Of a DNA stretch of 32,000 bases, positions 1 through 9,110 are shown one piece after another. This stretch comes from Opitutia bacterium KCR 482. GTDB lineage: Bacteria > Verrucomicrobiota > Verrucomicrobiia > Opitutales > Intestinicryptomonadaceae. The position numbers and the translations under genes were made by a program. Every line of letters begins with the position of its first letter. Positions within the stretch are counted from its first letter, which is position 1. The notes under the pieces are model-generated. The model did no database searches. It was given only the letters and a program-made list of their open reading frames with translations, and was not told the origin of the DNA. The stretch is from contig CP149973.1 of NCBI GenBank assembly GCA_029269845.2, positions 240,001-272,000 on the forward strand, written 5' to 3'.

Positions 1-118
1 TTCGCGCCCCGTGCCCGACTTCCAGCCCGATTGGGATTTAAACCGCCCCGACACAAGCTTCATGCAGCCCGACTGGAACCTTAATTCCGACGAGCCGCAG
101 AACGATAATAAACCGTAA
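1..118 (+). CDS. 3' end of an upstream CDS (partial, function unknown)
   Basis: The reading frame is open from the window edge to TAA at 116-118 (...SFMQPDWNLNSDEPQNDNKP*). The stop overlaps the ATG of the next gene (TAATG), which suggests translational coupling. Too little sequence to assign a family. Confidence 0.3.
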   Translation, partial: SRPVPDFQPDWDLNRPDTSFMQPDWNLNSDEPQNDNKP

Positions 119-1956
119 TGAAATGCTTTGGCACAATTTCGCGGGCGGCGGCGGCGTGCGCGCTTCTGTCCGCCCTTTTGTGCGCGTGTTCCGAACCGCC
201 GAAAATCGAACGCGGGCAGTTCCCGCTTCCGAAAGGCGCGGAAACGGCGGAATGCGAAGTCGGCAAATACGGCGGCATCTTCGTTTTGTCCGATGCGCAG
301 GAGCCTAAAACATTCAACCTGTTGATGGCGTCCGACGCGTACTCGGCGCAGTCGATTTCGCTAATGCTCTCGCCGCTCGTGAACTACGACCCCATGAAAG
401 AGGAGGTCGTGCCCGCGCTCGCGGAATCGTGGACGGTTTCGGAGGACGGCAAAACCTACGTCTTCAAACTGCGCGAGGGTGTGAAATTTTCGGACGGCGC
501 GGAGCTAACCGCAGACGATGTGGTTTTTACGTTCGACGCAATCTTCGCACCGCAGCTCGACGCCGACGGCAAGCCCGTCTTGGACAAAGCCACAAAACGC
601 CCGTTGCTCCGCTATCCGTCGCGCTACGCGGGGCAGTACACAATCGGCGGCGAGCCAATCAAATACAGGAAAATCGACAAGTACACGGTCGAATTCAAGA
701 CGAACAAAGTGTACGCGCCGTTTCTAAACGACATCGGGTTCATCGAAATTCTGCCGAAACACAAGCTGCAAAAAGCGGCGGACGACGGCTCGCTTCAACA
801 GGCGTGGTCTACGCAAACGGCGATAAACTCGCCGTCGGAAATAGTGTCGTCGGGGCCCTTCATGCTGTTTTCGTACAAGCCGGGAGAAAGGCTCGTCATG
901 CAGCCCAACCCGCACTACTGGCGGGCAGACAAAAGCGGGCAACGCCTGCCCTACATAGACTTCCTAGTCTACAAATTCGTAGCCGACGTTAACACCGCGA
1001 CAATCCTCTTCGCCACGGGGCAATGCGACGCCTCCGCCGTCGGCGCAAACGACTACGCGTGGGTGGCAAAATACGCAAAAACCTACGCGTTCAAAATCTA
1101 CGAGCGCGGGCCGGAAGCCAGCATCTCATTCCTCTGGTTCAACCAAAACGGCGGCAAAAACGAAAGGGGCGAGCCGTTCGTAAAACCCTACAAATTCAAG
1201 TGGTTCTCGAACAAAAAATTCAGGCAGGCGGTAATGCGGGCAATCGACCGCGACGGACTGATTAAAAGCGTGTGGTTCTCGCGGGCGAGAAAGCTCGATA
1301 CAATCATAAGCCCCGCAAACAAAAAATGGCACAACCCCGACACGCCCAAATACGAATACTCGCCCGAAAGCTCGCGGGAAATCCTGCTCTCGGAGGGCTT
1401 CAAATACGACGCGTCGGGCGCGCTGCTCGACCCGGAGGGCAACCGCGTGGAATTCGAATTCGTCGTTGCCGACGGCTCGCAAAACTCTTCGGTAATCGCG
1501 ACGACGTTCGTCGAAAACATGAAATCCATAGGCATTTCCGTGAAGCTTAAATTTCTGGACTTCGGCACGATTATCTCGAAAATCGACAACACTTTCGACT
1601 ACGAGGCCGCCATGATGGGCTTCACGGGCGGCGGCGACCCCTCCGGCGGCAAGGCAATATACCGCTCCAACGGCTTTCTGCACGTCTGGAACCCGCGCCA
1701 AAAATCTCCCGCAACAGACTGGGAAAAACGCATAGACGAAATCATGGACGCGCAGGAAATCGAGATGAACCCCGAAGCACGCAAACGCCTGATTTTCGAA
1801 ATGCAGAAAATCTTTTCGGACGAGCTTCCCCTGCTCTACCTAATCACGCCGACGGGGTATTCGGGAATCGCGGAAAAATGGCGCAACGTGAAAATTCCGC
1901 CATTAGGCTCAATCATCTGGAACATCGACGAACTGTACGAATCGGACGAAAACTAA
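118..1956 (+). CDS. ABC transporter substrate-binding lipoprotein, peptide/nickel family 5 (OppA/DppA-like)
   Basis: 612-aa ORF. N-terminal signal peptide with a lipobox-like LLCAC. Size and sequence character fit family-5 solute-binding proteins. The cognate permease starts 3 nt downstream. Confidence 0.85.
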   Translation: MKCFGTISRAAAACALLSALLCACSEPPKIERGQFPLPKGAETAECEVGKYGGIFVLSDAQEPKTFNLLMASDAYSAQSISLMLSPLVNYDPMKEEVVPALAESWTVSEDGKTYVFKLREGVKFSDGAELTADDVVFTFDAIFAPQLDADGKPVLDKATKRPLLRYPSRYAGQYTIGGEPIKYRKIDKYTVEFKTNKVYAPFLNDIGFIEILPKHKLQKAADDGSLQQAWSTQTAINSPSEIVSSGPFMLFSYKPGERLVMQPNPHYWRADKSGQRLPYIDFLVYKFVADVNTATILFATGQCDASAVGANDYAWVAKYAKTYAFKIYERGPEASISFLWFNQNGGKNERGEPFVKPYKFKWFSNKKFRQAVMRAIDRDGLIKSVWFSRARKLDTIISPANKKWHNPDTPKYEYSPESSREILLSEGFKYDASGALLDPEGNRVEFEFVVADGSQNSSVIATTFVENMKSIGISVKLKFLDFGTIISKIDNTFDYEAAMMGFTGGGDPSGGKAIYRSNGFLHVWNPRQKSPATDWEKRIDEIMDAQEIEMNPEARKRLIFEMQKIFSDELPLLYLITPTGYSGIAEKWRNVKIPPLGSIIWNIDELYESDEN

Positions 1957-1959
1957 AAC

Positions 1960-4248
1960 ATGTTAAAATTTATCACAAGACGGGTATTTTCATTGATTCC
2001 GCTTCTGCTCGGAATCAGCCTGCTTGTGTTCCTTTTGATGTACCTTGCCCCCGGAGATTTTCTGAGCGAGGCGCGAAACTCGAAGGATATTTCGCCCGAA
2101 ATCGTCAAGCAGGAGGAGGCTCGGCTCGGCCTCGACAAACCGTGGTATGTACAGTACGGACGCTGGCTCAACGGCGTCTCGCCGATTAAAACTTCGCTGC
2201 TTCTGCCCGAAAACATGCGCAAGGGCAAAGCTCCGATATATTTCGGCGCGCCGGATTTCGGATATTCGTGGAGCTATAAAATCCCCGTGTCGGAGCTTGT
2301 GGGACAGCGGTTTTTCCCGACGCTCTGGCTTGCGCTTGCAAGCACGCTGCTGACGTACGCGGTCGCAATTCCCTTGGGCGTTCTGGCGGCGGTGAAGCGC
2401 GATTCGCTCTTCGATAAAATTTCGTCGTTTGCAGCGTACGGCGCGCTCAGCGTGCCCTACTTTTTCCTCGCGCTTCTGGCGGTTCTCTTTGCGGCGACCA
2501 CGGGCGTTTTCCCGACGGGCGGGCAGGTGTCAATCATGCACGACTTCATGTCGCCGCCCGCACAGCTCGCCGACTACCTCGACCACCTCGTTCTGCCGAC
2601 GCTCGTTTTGTCGCTCGGAGGAATGGCGTCGGTAATGCGCGTAATGCGCGGGAATTTTCTGGACTATTCAAAGGCGGAATTCGTTACAACCGCGCGGGCA
2701 AAGGGGCTTTCCGAAAACGCGATAATGTTCAGGCACGTCTTGCGGAACGCGGTAAACCCGATAATTACATCGTTCGGCTTCGCGTTCGCGGGGCTGCTAT
2801 CGGGCGCGTTGCTTGTCGAAAACGTCATGAACTACCCTGGGCTCGGGCAGCTGATTTATTCGGCGATAGTAAAGCAGGACCAGTACGTTGTAATGGCGGG
2901 CGTGGTGATTGGCTGCGCCATGCTCGTGGCGGGGCAGACGCTCGCCGACGTTTTGCTTGCGCTCGCCGACCCGCGAATCAGGCTCGACAACGAGAAAATC
3001 CCGCACGTGAAACTTGCGGCGTTTTTCGGTGCGGCACTCGCGGCGACTGCGCTTTTGACGTGGATTTCGGAGGCGCACCCGCAGGTTTTCGACGCTCTGA
3101 AAACTGCGGCAAAATGGATTCTGTTCGCAATGCTCGCAATCCTCTGCGCGGTAATCGCGGCGGGACTTGCGCGGGCGGCGGCGTACTTCGCAAAAAACCT
3201 GCTTCGGGCAACGCTCAAACGCCCGCGCGGGGCGGTCGCGCTCTGCGCCCTTGCTGCGATGTACATTGCCGCGGCGCTCGCGCCGTTCATCGCGCCCTAC
3301 GAGCCAACGCGCCAGTGCCTCGACAAATCGTTCCACCCGCCGACGGGCTTCTTTTTCAAGGACGGCTCGCTCTACGCAAAAGTCTACCGAAACGCCGACC
3401 CGAGCATCGCCAAATACGAAGCGGTCGAGGGCGAAGGCGTGCGCGTAAAATTCTTCGCGCGGGCGGCGGATTCCGACTACAAAATTTTCGGGCTTGTTCC
3501 CTTCCCCTACAAGCTTTTTGCGGCGGATTCGCAACAGGCGGACGCGCGTATTTTCCTGCTTGGATCCGACTCCACTGGGCGCGACGTTTTCTCGCGCCTG
3601 CTCTACGGGGCGCGGGTGTCGCTTAGCATAGGCTTTGTGGGAATTGCAATCACGCTCGCGGTGGGATTCGTGGTCGGCGGGCTGTCGGGATACTTCGGCG
3701 GCACGTTCGACTTCGTTTCGATGAGGCTTGTCGAATTTCTCATGGCAATCCCAGGTCTGTACCTGCTTCTTGCAATGCGCTCGGCGCTTGCGCCGCATTT
3801 CGACAGTGCGCAGATGTACCTGATGATTGTCGTGATTCTCTCGTTCGTGGGCTGGGCGGGAACTGCGAGGGTAATACGCGGAATGTCGCTTTCGCTCGCA
3901 AAAAGCCAGTACGTTCAGGCGGCGAAAGCCATGGGCGAACCGCCTCTTAAAATAATAACGAAGCATTTTCTACCCAACGTGCTCGGCTACCTGATTGTGG
4001 GAGCCACGCTCTCGATTCCCGCGTACATTCTGGGCGAGGCGGCGCTGTCGTTTTTGGGGCTGGGCATTCAGGAGCCGTCGGCGTCGTGGGGGCTTATGCT
4101 CGCGCAGGCGCAGAACGACACAAAGGTGCTCATGCTCGGCTTCTGGTGGCTGCTGTCTCCCGGGGTCGCGATTTTTGCGACGGTGCTTGCCTTCAACATG
4201 CTCGGCGACGTTCTCAGAGACATCGCCGACCCGAAACAAAACAAATGA
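1960..4248 (+). CDS. Fused ABC transporter permease (OppB/DppB-like N-half plus OppC/DppC-like C-half)
   Basis: 762-aa ORF. The N-half begins MLKFITRRVFSLIPLLLGISLLVFLLMYLAPGDF and carries the EAA-type loop FVTTARAKGLSENAIMFRHVLRNAVNPIIT. The C-half carries APFIAPYEP...LLGSDSTGRDVFSRLLYGARVSL and YVQAAKAMGEPPLKIITKHFLPNVLGYLIV. The two halves are joined by a hydrophobic linker. Confidence 0.85.
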   Translation: MLKFITRRVFSLIPLLLGISLLVFLLMYLAPGDFLSEARNSKDISPEIVKQEEARLGLDKPWYVQYGRWLNGVSPIKTSLLLPENMRKGKAPIYFGAPDFGYSWSYKIPVSELVGQRFFPTLWLALASTLLTYAVAIPLGVLAAVKRDSLFDKISSFAAYGALSVPYFFLALLAVLFAATTGVFPTGGQVSIMHDFMSPPAQLADYLDHLVLPTLVLSLGGMASVMRVMRGNFLDYSKAEFVTTARAKGLSENAIMFRHVLRNAVNPIITSFGFAFAGLLSGALLVENVMNYPGLGQLIYSAIVKQDQYVVMAGVVIGCAMLVAGQTLADVLLALADPRIRLDNEKIPHVKLAAFFGAALAATALLTWISEAHPQVFDALKTAAKWILFAMLAILCAVIAAGLARAAAYFAKNLLRATLKRPRGAVALCALAAMYIAAALAPFIAPYEPTRQCLDKSFHPPTGFFFKDGSLYAKVYRNADPSIAKYEAVEGEGVRVKFFARAADSDYKIFGLVPFPYKLFAADSQQADARIFLLGSDSTGRDVFSRLLYGARVSLSIGFVGIAITLAVGFVVGGLSGYFGGTFDFVSMRLVEFLMAIPGLYLLLAMRSALAPHFDSAQMYLMIVVILSFVGWAGTARVIRGMSLSLAKSQYVQAAKAMGEPPLKIITKHFLPNVLGYLIVGATLSIPAYILGEAALSFLGLGIQEPSASWGLMLAQAQNDTKVLMLGFWWLLSPGVAIFATVLAFNMLGDVLRDIADPKQNK

Positions 4249-5579
4249 AAAAATCGCTTTTAATCACATTTCTTGCGCTGTTTTCCCTGTCCGCATTGGC
4301 CGATATTGCGCCCGATTTTACGCTGCGCATGCGCGCTCCGAAACCGTTTTTCGAAAAAATCTCCTCGCTCTACCGCAGAATCCACCCCGACCCGAAGCTT
4401 GAAATGCAGGCGGCGTTCGCGCTCATGCCCTTCGGGTATCCCGACTTCGGCGGAATCTCGAAGCGCGAAAACGCGGTAGTCTGCGGGTTCGCGACGGAGA
4501 CCGAAAACCCCGTCTACGTCCTCGGATTCAAGTCGGACGGCAACTCGCGCATGGAAAAAACGCTCGCCGCGCGGAACATCAAACCCGTCAAAAAAGGCGG
4601 CTACACGTTCTTTTCGCTTCCGACCGACGCCGATGCGCGGTACATCGACGCGGCCTTCGGAGAGTTTTCAAAAGTCGGGCACTCGCTCGCGGAAATCGAC
4701 GCGACCCCCGAAGCGTTCAACCGCCTTGCAAAAGGCGCGTTCGGTAAATACACAGCGGACACCGAAAGCGCGAACGTGAAAATCGACGCCGACGCGCGGA
4801 CAATAAAACTCTGCGCAACCGTGAAGCTCAAAAAAGGCTCGCCGCTTTGCAATGCGGTAAACGAAGTGCGCCGCGTAAAGGAGGCGGAGGAAGCCGAATT
4901 CCTGCCGCGCGACGCCGAAATTTTCGCGATAACAAAGGCGTATCTCCCCGACGGAATTTTCGACACGCAGGCGGCAAGGGGCGTCCTGCCGCAAAGGCTC
5001 GCCGAACGCATAGATTCGCTCCGCTCGAAAAACGCGGGCACATACGCGGCGGCGGTCTACCTCGGCGGCACCCCGAAATCGCTGGGAATCGGCGCGACGG
5101 AAATGACGGAGCGCGAGCTTCTCGCCCTCGCGGAATCCGAACCCGAAGTTTCCGTCTTGGGGCTTAGCGCAAAAAACCGCGCCGAAAAAATCGGCGGCAC
5201 CGCGTGCCTCGCAACAGAATGCCCCAACGGAAGCACCGTCTATTCGGCGGTCGTAAACGGGCTTTCAGTTTCGTCGGACGACAAAAACCTGTTTGCGGAA
5301 GCCGTCGCCAAAATCAAGTCGGCGCGCGGGCAGGCCTACCCGCTGAAAAAATACGCGCGGGACGACTCCGACTTCGTGGCGGTACTCAACAACAACGCGC
5401 TCTTGAAGTCCATGCTCGGAAGAATCGGCGCAAGCCTTGACAAGGCGGCGTTCGAAAACACCGTTATTTCCGCCGACGTCGGCTTGGGGAAAATCGAAAT
5501 CACGGCGTCGATTGACATAGACTCCCTCAACCTTTACTGCGACTTCCTGCGGCTTTCGAAAAATGGACGAACAAGGTAA
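4245..5579 (+). CDS. Exported hypothetical protein (about 444 aa)
   Basis: Track ORF 4086..5579 trimmed to the in-frame ATG at 4245, which overlaps the permease stop (ATGA). It then begins MKKSLLITFLALFSLSALA, a typical signal peptide. I recognise no family motifs. Confidence 0.6.
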   Translation: MKKSLLITFLALFSLSALADIAPDFTLRMRAPKPFFEKISSLYRRIHPDPKLEMQAAFALMPFGYPDFGGISKRENAVVCGFATETENPVYVLGFKSDGNSRMEKTLAARNIKPVKKGGYTFFSLPTDADARYIDAAFGEFSKVGHSLAEIDATPEAFNRLAKGAFGKYTADTESANVKIDADARTIKLCATVKLKKGSPLCNAVNEVRRVKEAEEAEFLPRDAEIFAITKAYLPDGIFDTQAARGVLPQRLAERIDSLRSKNAGTYAAAVYLGGTPKSLGIGATEMTERELLALAESEPEVSVLGLSAKNRAEKIGGTACLATECPNGSTVYSAVVNGLSVSSDDKNLFAEAVAKIKSARGQAYPLKKYARDDSDFVAVLNNNALLKSMLGRIGASLDKAAFENTVISADVGLGKIEITASIDIDSLNLYCDFLRLSKNGRTR

Positions 5580-7785
5580 AATAGCCTCCATAACGCTTTT
5601 CAGCGGCATCGACAGGGAGCTTTCGTACATCGCGCCCGACTCCGTCGAAGTCGGCTCGATGGTGCGCGTGCCCCTGCGCGGCGGCTCGGCGGCGGGGGTC
5701 GTCACAAAATTGACCGACGCAAAAGACTTCGACTCGTCGGGCTTCAAGCTCAAAAAAATCTACTCGAAAGTTCAGGACGAACCCGTGCTCACGCCCGACC
5801 TCGTGCAGCTCGCCCGCTGGATTCGCGACTACTACGGCTGCGGAATCCAAACCGTGCTCGAAACGATGATTCCCGCCGTCGTCCGCGCGGGGAAGTCGGC
5901 ACTCGAAGCCTTGGAGGTTGCGCCGCTCGCCCTCCCCGACGCCGACGCCCTCGAAAAGCTACGCCGACGCGCCCCCCAACAGGCGGCGGTTTGCGCGTTT
6001 CTTGCCGACAACCCCGAACCGCTTTTGAAAACCGCCCTCATGAAACTTTCGGGCGCGCCGTCTCAGGCGATTGACGCGCTCGCAAAAAAGGGAATTCTGG
6101 AAATCCGCAAGAGGGTCGTCCAACGCTCGGCATACGACGACGAGCTTTCGGGCGCGGAGGCGGTTTCCTCCGAGCCGCACAAGCTAAACGGCGAACAGCA
6201 GGCGGCATTCGACGCAATAATCTCCGACACAAAATCGGGCGGATTCAAAACGCGCCTGCTCTACGGCGTGACGGGTTCGGGCAAAACGGAAGTGTACATG
6301 AGGGCAATGCGCGAAGTGCTCGACGCGGGGCGCTCGTGCATATTCCTCGTGCCCGAAATCGCGCTGACGCCGCAGACTGTGGGACGCCTCAGAAGCAGGC
6401 TCGGCGAATACCAGCTTGTGGTCTGGCACAGCAACCTTACCGACGGGCAGCGGCTCGACGCGTGGAGAATGCTCGCGTCGGGAAAGGCGAGAGTAGTTGT
6501 AGGGGCGCGGAGCTGCATTTTCGCGCCGCTCGAAAATATCGGGCTTATAATAGTTGACGAAGAGCACGACGGCGCGTACAAGCAGGACAAAAACCCGCGC
6601 TACAACGGCAGGGACGTCGCCGTTCTGCGGGCTAAAACCTGCGGCGCGGTCTGCGTCTTGGGCTCGGCGACGCCGTCGCTCGAAACGCTCAACAACGCAA
6701 AAACGGGCAAATACGAGCTGTCGAGAATTTCGAAGAGAATCGACGGCTGCAAGCTTCCGCTCGTGCACATAGCCGATATGAAGCGCGAAAAGCCCGGCGC
6801 GTTGGTGTCGGGAATACTCCGCGAAAAGCTCGCCGACAGGCTCGACAAGGGCGAACAGACGATATTATTTTTAAACAGGCGCGGATACTCAAAGGTGTTC
6901 GAATGCCCCGATTGCGGATACGTCGAGGAATGCCCCCACTGTTCTGTCAGCATGACATGGCATAAGAGGGAAAATATAATAAAATGCCACATTTGCGGAT
7001 ATACTGCAAAAGCCCCCGACGCGTGCAAAAAATGCGGCTCGCCGAAGGCCAAATGGCGCGGGCACGGCACGCAGAAGCTCGAAGACGCAATCGCTGCGAT
7101 GTTCCCGTCGGCGCGAATCGGGCGCATGGACAGGGACGCCATGAAGCGCAGGGACAACTACCGCAAGGTGCTCGGCGACTTCCGCACGGGCAGGCTCGAC
7201 ATACTCATAGGCACGCAGATGATTGCCAAGGGGCTTGACTTCCCGCGCGTCACGCTCGTTGGAATCGTAGACGCCGACATTTCGCTCCACATGCCCGACT
7301 TCCGCGCGGGCGAAAAAACCTACCAGCTTGTAGTGCAGGTCGCGGGTCGCGCCGGGCGCGGCGACGGCGAGGGCGAAGTCGTAATCCAGACAATGCAGCC
7401 CGAAGCCGCGCCGATTCAGTACGCCAAGCGCGACGACATGGAATCGTTTTTGGAGGAGGAGCTGGCGAACAGAAACGAGTATTCCTACCCGCCGTCGATG
7501 AGGCTTATCAGGCACATTTTCCGCTCTCGCAGCGAGCAGAAGCTCGAATTCTACACGGAGGAATGGGCGAAACGCGCGGTCGAGGAATTCGGCGACATAT
7601 GCCAAGTGCGCGGCCCCGCCCCCGCCCCGCTCGAACGCAGCGAAGACTTTTATAGGTGGCACATCTGGTACTTCTGCAAGAGCGTAAAGCCCGTGGTTTC
7701 GGCAATCCGCAGGCTCAAAGACGACTTCAAATTCGACGAGGACGTAGATGACGTTCTCGACGTAGACCCGATGTCGCTCATGTAG
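5563..7785 (+). CDS. priA: Primosomal protein N' / replication-restart helicase PriA
   Basis: 740 aa. Walker A GVTGSGKTEVY, DExH-type IIVDEEHD, Cys-rich zinc region CPDCGYVEECPHCSVSMTWH...CHICGY...CKKCGS, and helicase C-domain GTQMIAKGLDFPRVTLVGI. Confidence 0.9.
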   Translation: MDEQGKIASITLFSGIDRELSYIAPDSVEVGSMVRVPLRGGSAAGVVTKLTDAKDFDSSGFKLKKIYSKVQDEPVLTPDLVQLARWIRDYYGCGIQTVLETMIPAVVRAGKSALEALEVAPLALPDADALEKLRRRAPQQAAVCAFLADNPEPLLKTALMKLSGAPSQAIDALAKKGILEIRKRVVQRSAYDDELSGAEAVSSEPHKLNGEQQAAFDAIISDTKSGGFKTRLLYGVTGSGKTEVYMRAMREVLDAGRSCIFLVPEIALTPQTVGRLRSRLGEYQLVVWHSNLTDGQRLDAWRMLASGKARVVVGARSCIFAPLENIGLIIVDEEHDGAYKQDKNPRYNGRDVAVLRAKTCGAVCVLGSATPSLETLNNAKTGKYELSRISKRIDGCKLPLVHIADMKREKPGALVSGILREKLADRLDKGEQTILFLNRRGYSKVFECPDCGYVEECPHCSVSMTWHKRENIIKCHICGYTAKAPDACKKCGSPKAKWRGHGTQKLEDAIAAMFPSARIGRMDRDAMKRRDNYRKVLGDFRTGRLDILIGTQMIAKGLDFPRVTLVGIVDADISLHMPDFRAGEKTYQLVVQVAGRAGRGDGEGEVVIQTMQPEAAPIQYAKRDDMESFLEEELANRNEYSYPPSMRLIRHIFRSRSEQKLEFYTEEWAKRAVEEFGDICQVRGPAPAPLERSEDFYRWHIWYFCKSVKPVVSAIRRLKDDFKFDEDVDDVLDVDPMSLM

Positions 7786-7845
7786 GCGCATTTTTTCGGG
7801 AATATATGTTTGCGTTTTTGCGGCGGATTTTCAGATAATGCCGAA

Positions 7846-8523
7846 ATGAAATTATTGTCCAAATTCGGCGGCTTTGCAAAACGCGAGCCGCTCGGTTGCT
7901 GTTTTGCGGCGGCGTTTTCGCTCGCGCTCGTGGGCGTGTTCGCGACGGCGTTCGCGTTCGTCTTCTACGCGGTCTTCGCGCCAGCGCTCATGCGCAACGC
8001 GGTGAAATCCGCAACAGGCTTCGACGCAACCGCCCAGCGCGTCTACGCAAACCTCTTCACGGGCTACTGCGAAATCGAAAACCTCTCAATCGACAACGGC
8101 GAAATCTACAACCTCGGCGACGCCCTGCCCGACAAAAATTTTATCACGGCGAAGAAAATCGAGATGGAGCTTTCGCCGCTCGCGCTCCTGCGCGGCAAAC
8201 TGCGCGTCTCCGAATTCCGCGCCGACGTTCCGCACATCAACTGCATAAGGCTCAACAACTACACCTGCAACGTGGACGAATTTGTCGGCGGAATGAGGGA
8301 AATCACGGAAGCCGCCGCGGGGCTGTCGTTCTCGCTCCGCCTCGAAACCGCCGTGTACACCGACTGCTCCGCATCGGCGAAACCCATTTCAAAAAAACAA
8401 AACATCGATATGTCTTTCGAAAGAAACGGCGTCTCCGACACCGCAAAAATGCTCGGAGAACTGGCGGCTGCGTTCGACGCCGCCGACGCCATGTTCATTT
8501 CAAACGCACTCCTGAAACAATGA
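7846..8523 (+). CDS. Hypothetical membrane-anchored protein (possible AsmA-N-terminal-like fold)
   Basis: Track ORF 7810..8523 starts at TTG. The first in-frame ATG at 7846 gives MKLLSKFGGFAKREPLG followed by one hydrophobic helix (FAAAFSLALVGVFATAFAFVFYAVFAPAL). The soluble part has a pattern (NLSIDN...ITAKKIEMELSPLALLRGKLRVSEFRADVPHINCIR) that resembles AsmA N-terminal regions. Its stop overlaps the purN start (ATGA). Confidence 0.5.
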   Translation: MKLLSKFGGFAKREPLGCCFAAAFSLALVGVFATAFAFVFYAVFAPALMRNAVKSATGFDATAQRVYANLFTGYCEIENLSIDNGEIYNLGDALPDKNFITAKKIEMELSPLALLRGKLRVSEFRADVPHINCIRLNNYTCNVDEFVGGMREITEAAAGLSFSLRLETAVYTDCSASAKPISKKQNIDMSFERNGVSDTAKMLGELAAAFDAADAMFISNALLKQ

Positions 8524-9107
8524 AAGCCGTAATACTTGCAAGCGGACGCGGTTCGAACGCGGAAACGCTTTTTTTGAAAACGCAAAACGGGGAGATTCCG
8601 AACACGGAATTTACCGAGCTAATCAGCGACAAGCCCGACGCGCCCGCGCTGGGCGTAGCAAAAAAATTCGGGATAAAGTCGCGCTATATCGACACGCAAA
8701 AGGCGGGCGCAAGGTTCTCGCCCGACGGCGCGCAAAGCTACATTTCCGCAATCAGGGAATCGGGCGCGGAGCTTGTCGTGCTTGCGGGCTTCATGAAAAT
8801 ACTTCCGCCCGAATTCGTGGCGGCGTTTCCGTCGCGCATAATCAACCTGCACCCCAGCCTGCTGCCGTCGTTCAGGGGCAGGGACGCAATCAAGCAGGCA
8901 TTCGACTTCGGCGTAAAAATCTGCGGCTGCACCGTCCACTTCGTAAACGACGTGCTCGACGGCGGCGAAATCATCGCGCAAAAGGCGGTGGAAATCCCGC
9001 CCGAATACGACTTGGAAAAACTCGAAGAAAAAGTCCACGAAGCCGAGCACATTCTGCTTCCGCGGGTGGTGGCGGACATCGCGCAGGGGAAAATCAAAAT
9101 CGGATAG
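8520..9107 (+). CDS. purN: Phosphoribosylglycinamide formyltransferase
   Basis: Track ORF 7896..9107 trimmed to the ATG at 8520. Sequence MKAVILASGRGSNAE..., NLHPSLLPSFRG, GCTVHFVNDVLDGGEIIAQ are classic PurN motifs. About 195 aa. Confidence 0.9.
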   Translation: MKAVILASGRGSNAETLFLKTQNGEIPNTEFTELISDKPDAPALGVAKKFGIKSRYIDTQKAGARFSPDGAQSYISAIRESGAELVVLAGFMKILPPEFVAAFPSRIINLHPSLLPSFRGRDAIKQAFDFGVKICGCTVHFVNDVLDGGEIIAQKAVEIPPEYDLEKLEEKVHEAEHILLPRVVADIAQGKIKIG

Positions 9108-9110
9108 AAA

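Noticed and set aside
2797-3966. 389-aa minus-strand ORF inside the fused permease gene, with similar antisense ORFs at 6889..7791, 8619..9599, 17880..19046, 20562..21497, 22172..22924, 23319..24452, 25241..26056, 27394..28500 and 30492..31910
   Set aside because: All are antisense to genes with strong family motifs. Their products are Arg-rich and low-complexity, with no start-site support.
7896-8519. N-terminal extension of the purN ORF (7896..9107), with similar extensions at 4086-4244, 17379-17441, 26071-26184, 30450-30512, 16680-16727 and 17271-17342
   Set aside because: The extensions overlap upstream genes or intergenic DNA, have implausible composition or non-ATG starts, and precede internal ATGs that give canonical N-termini or signal peptides.
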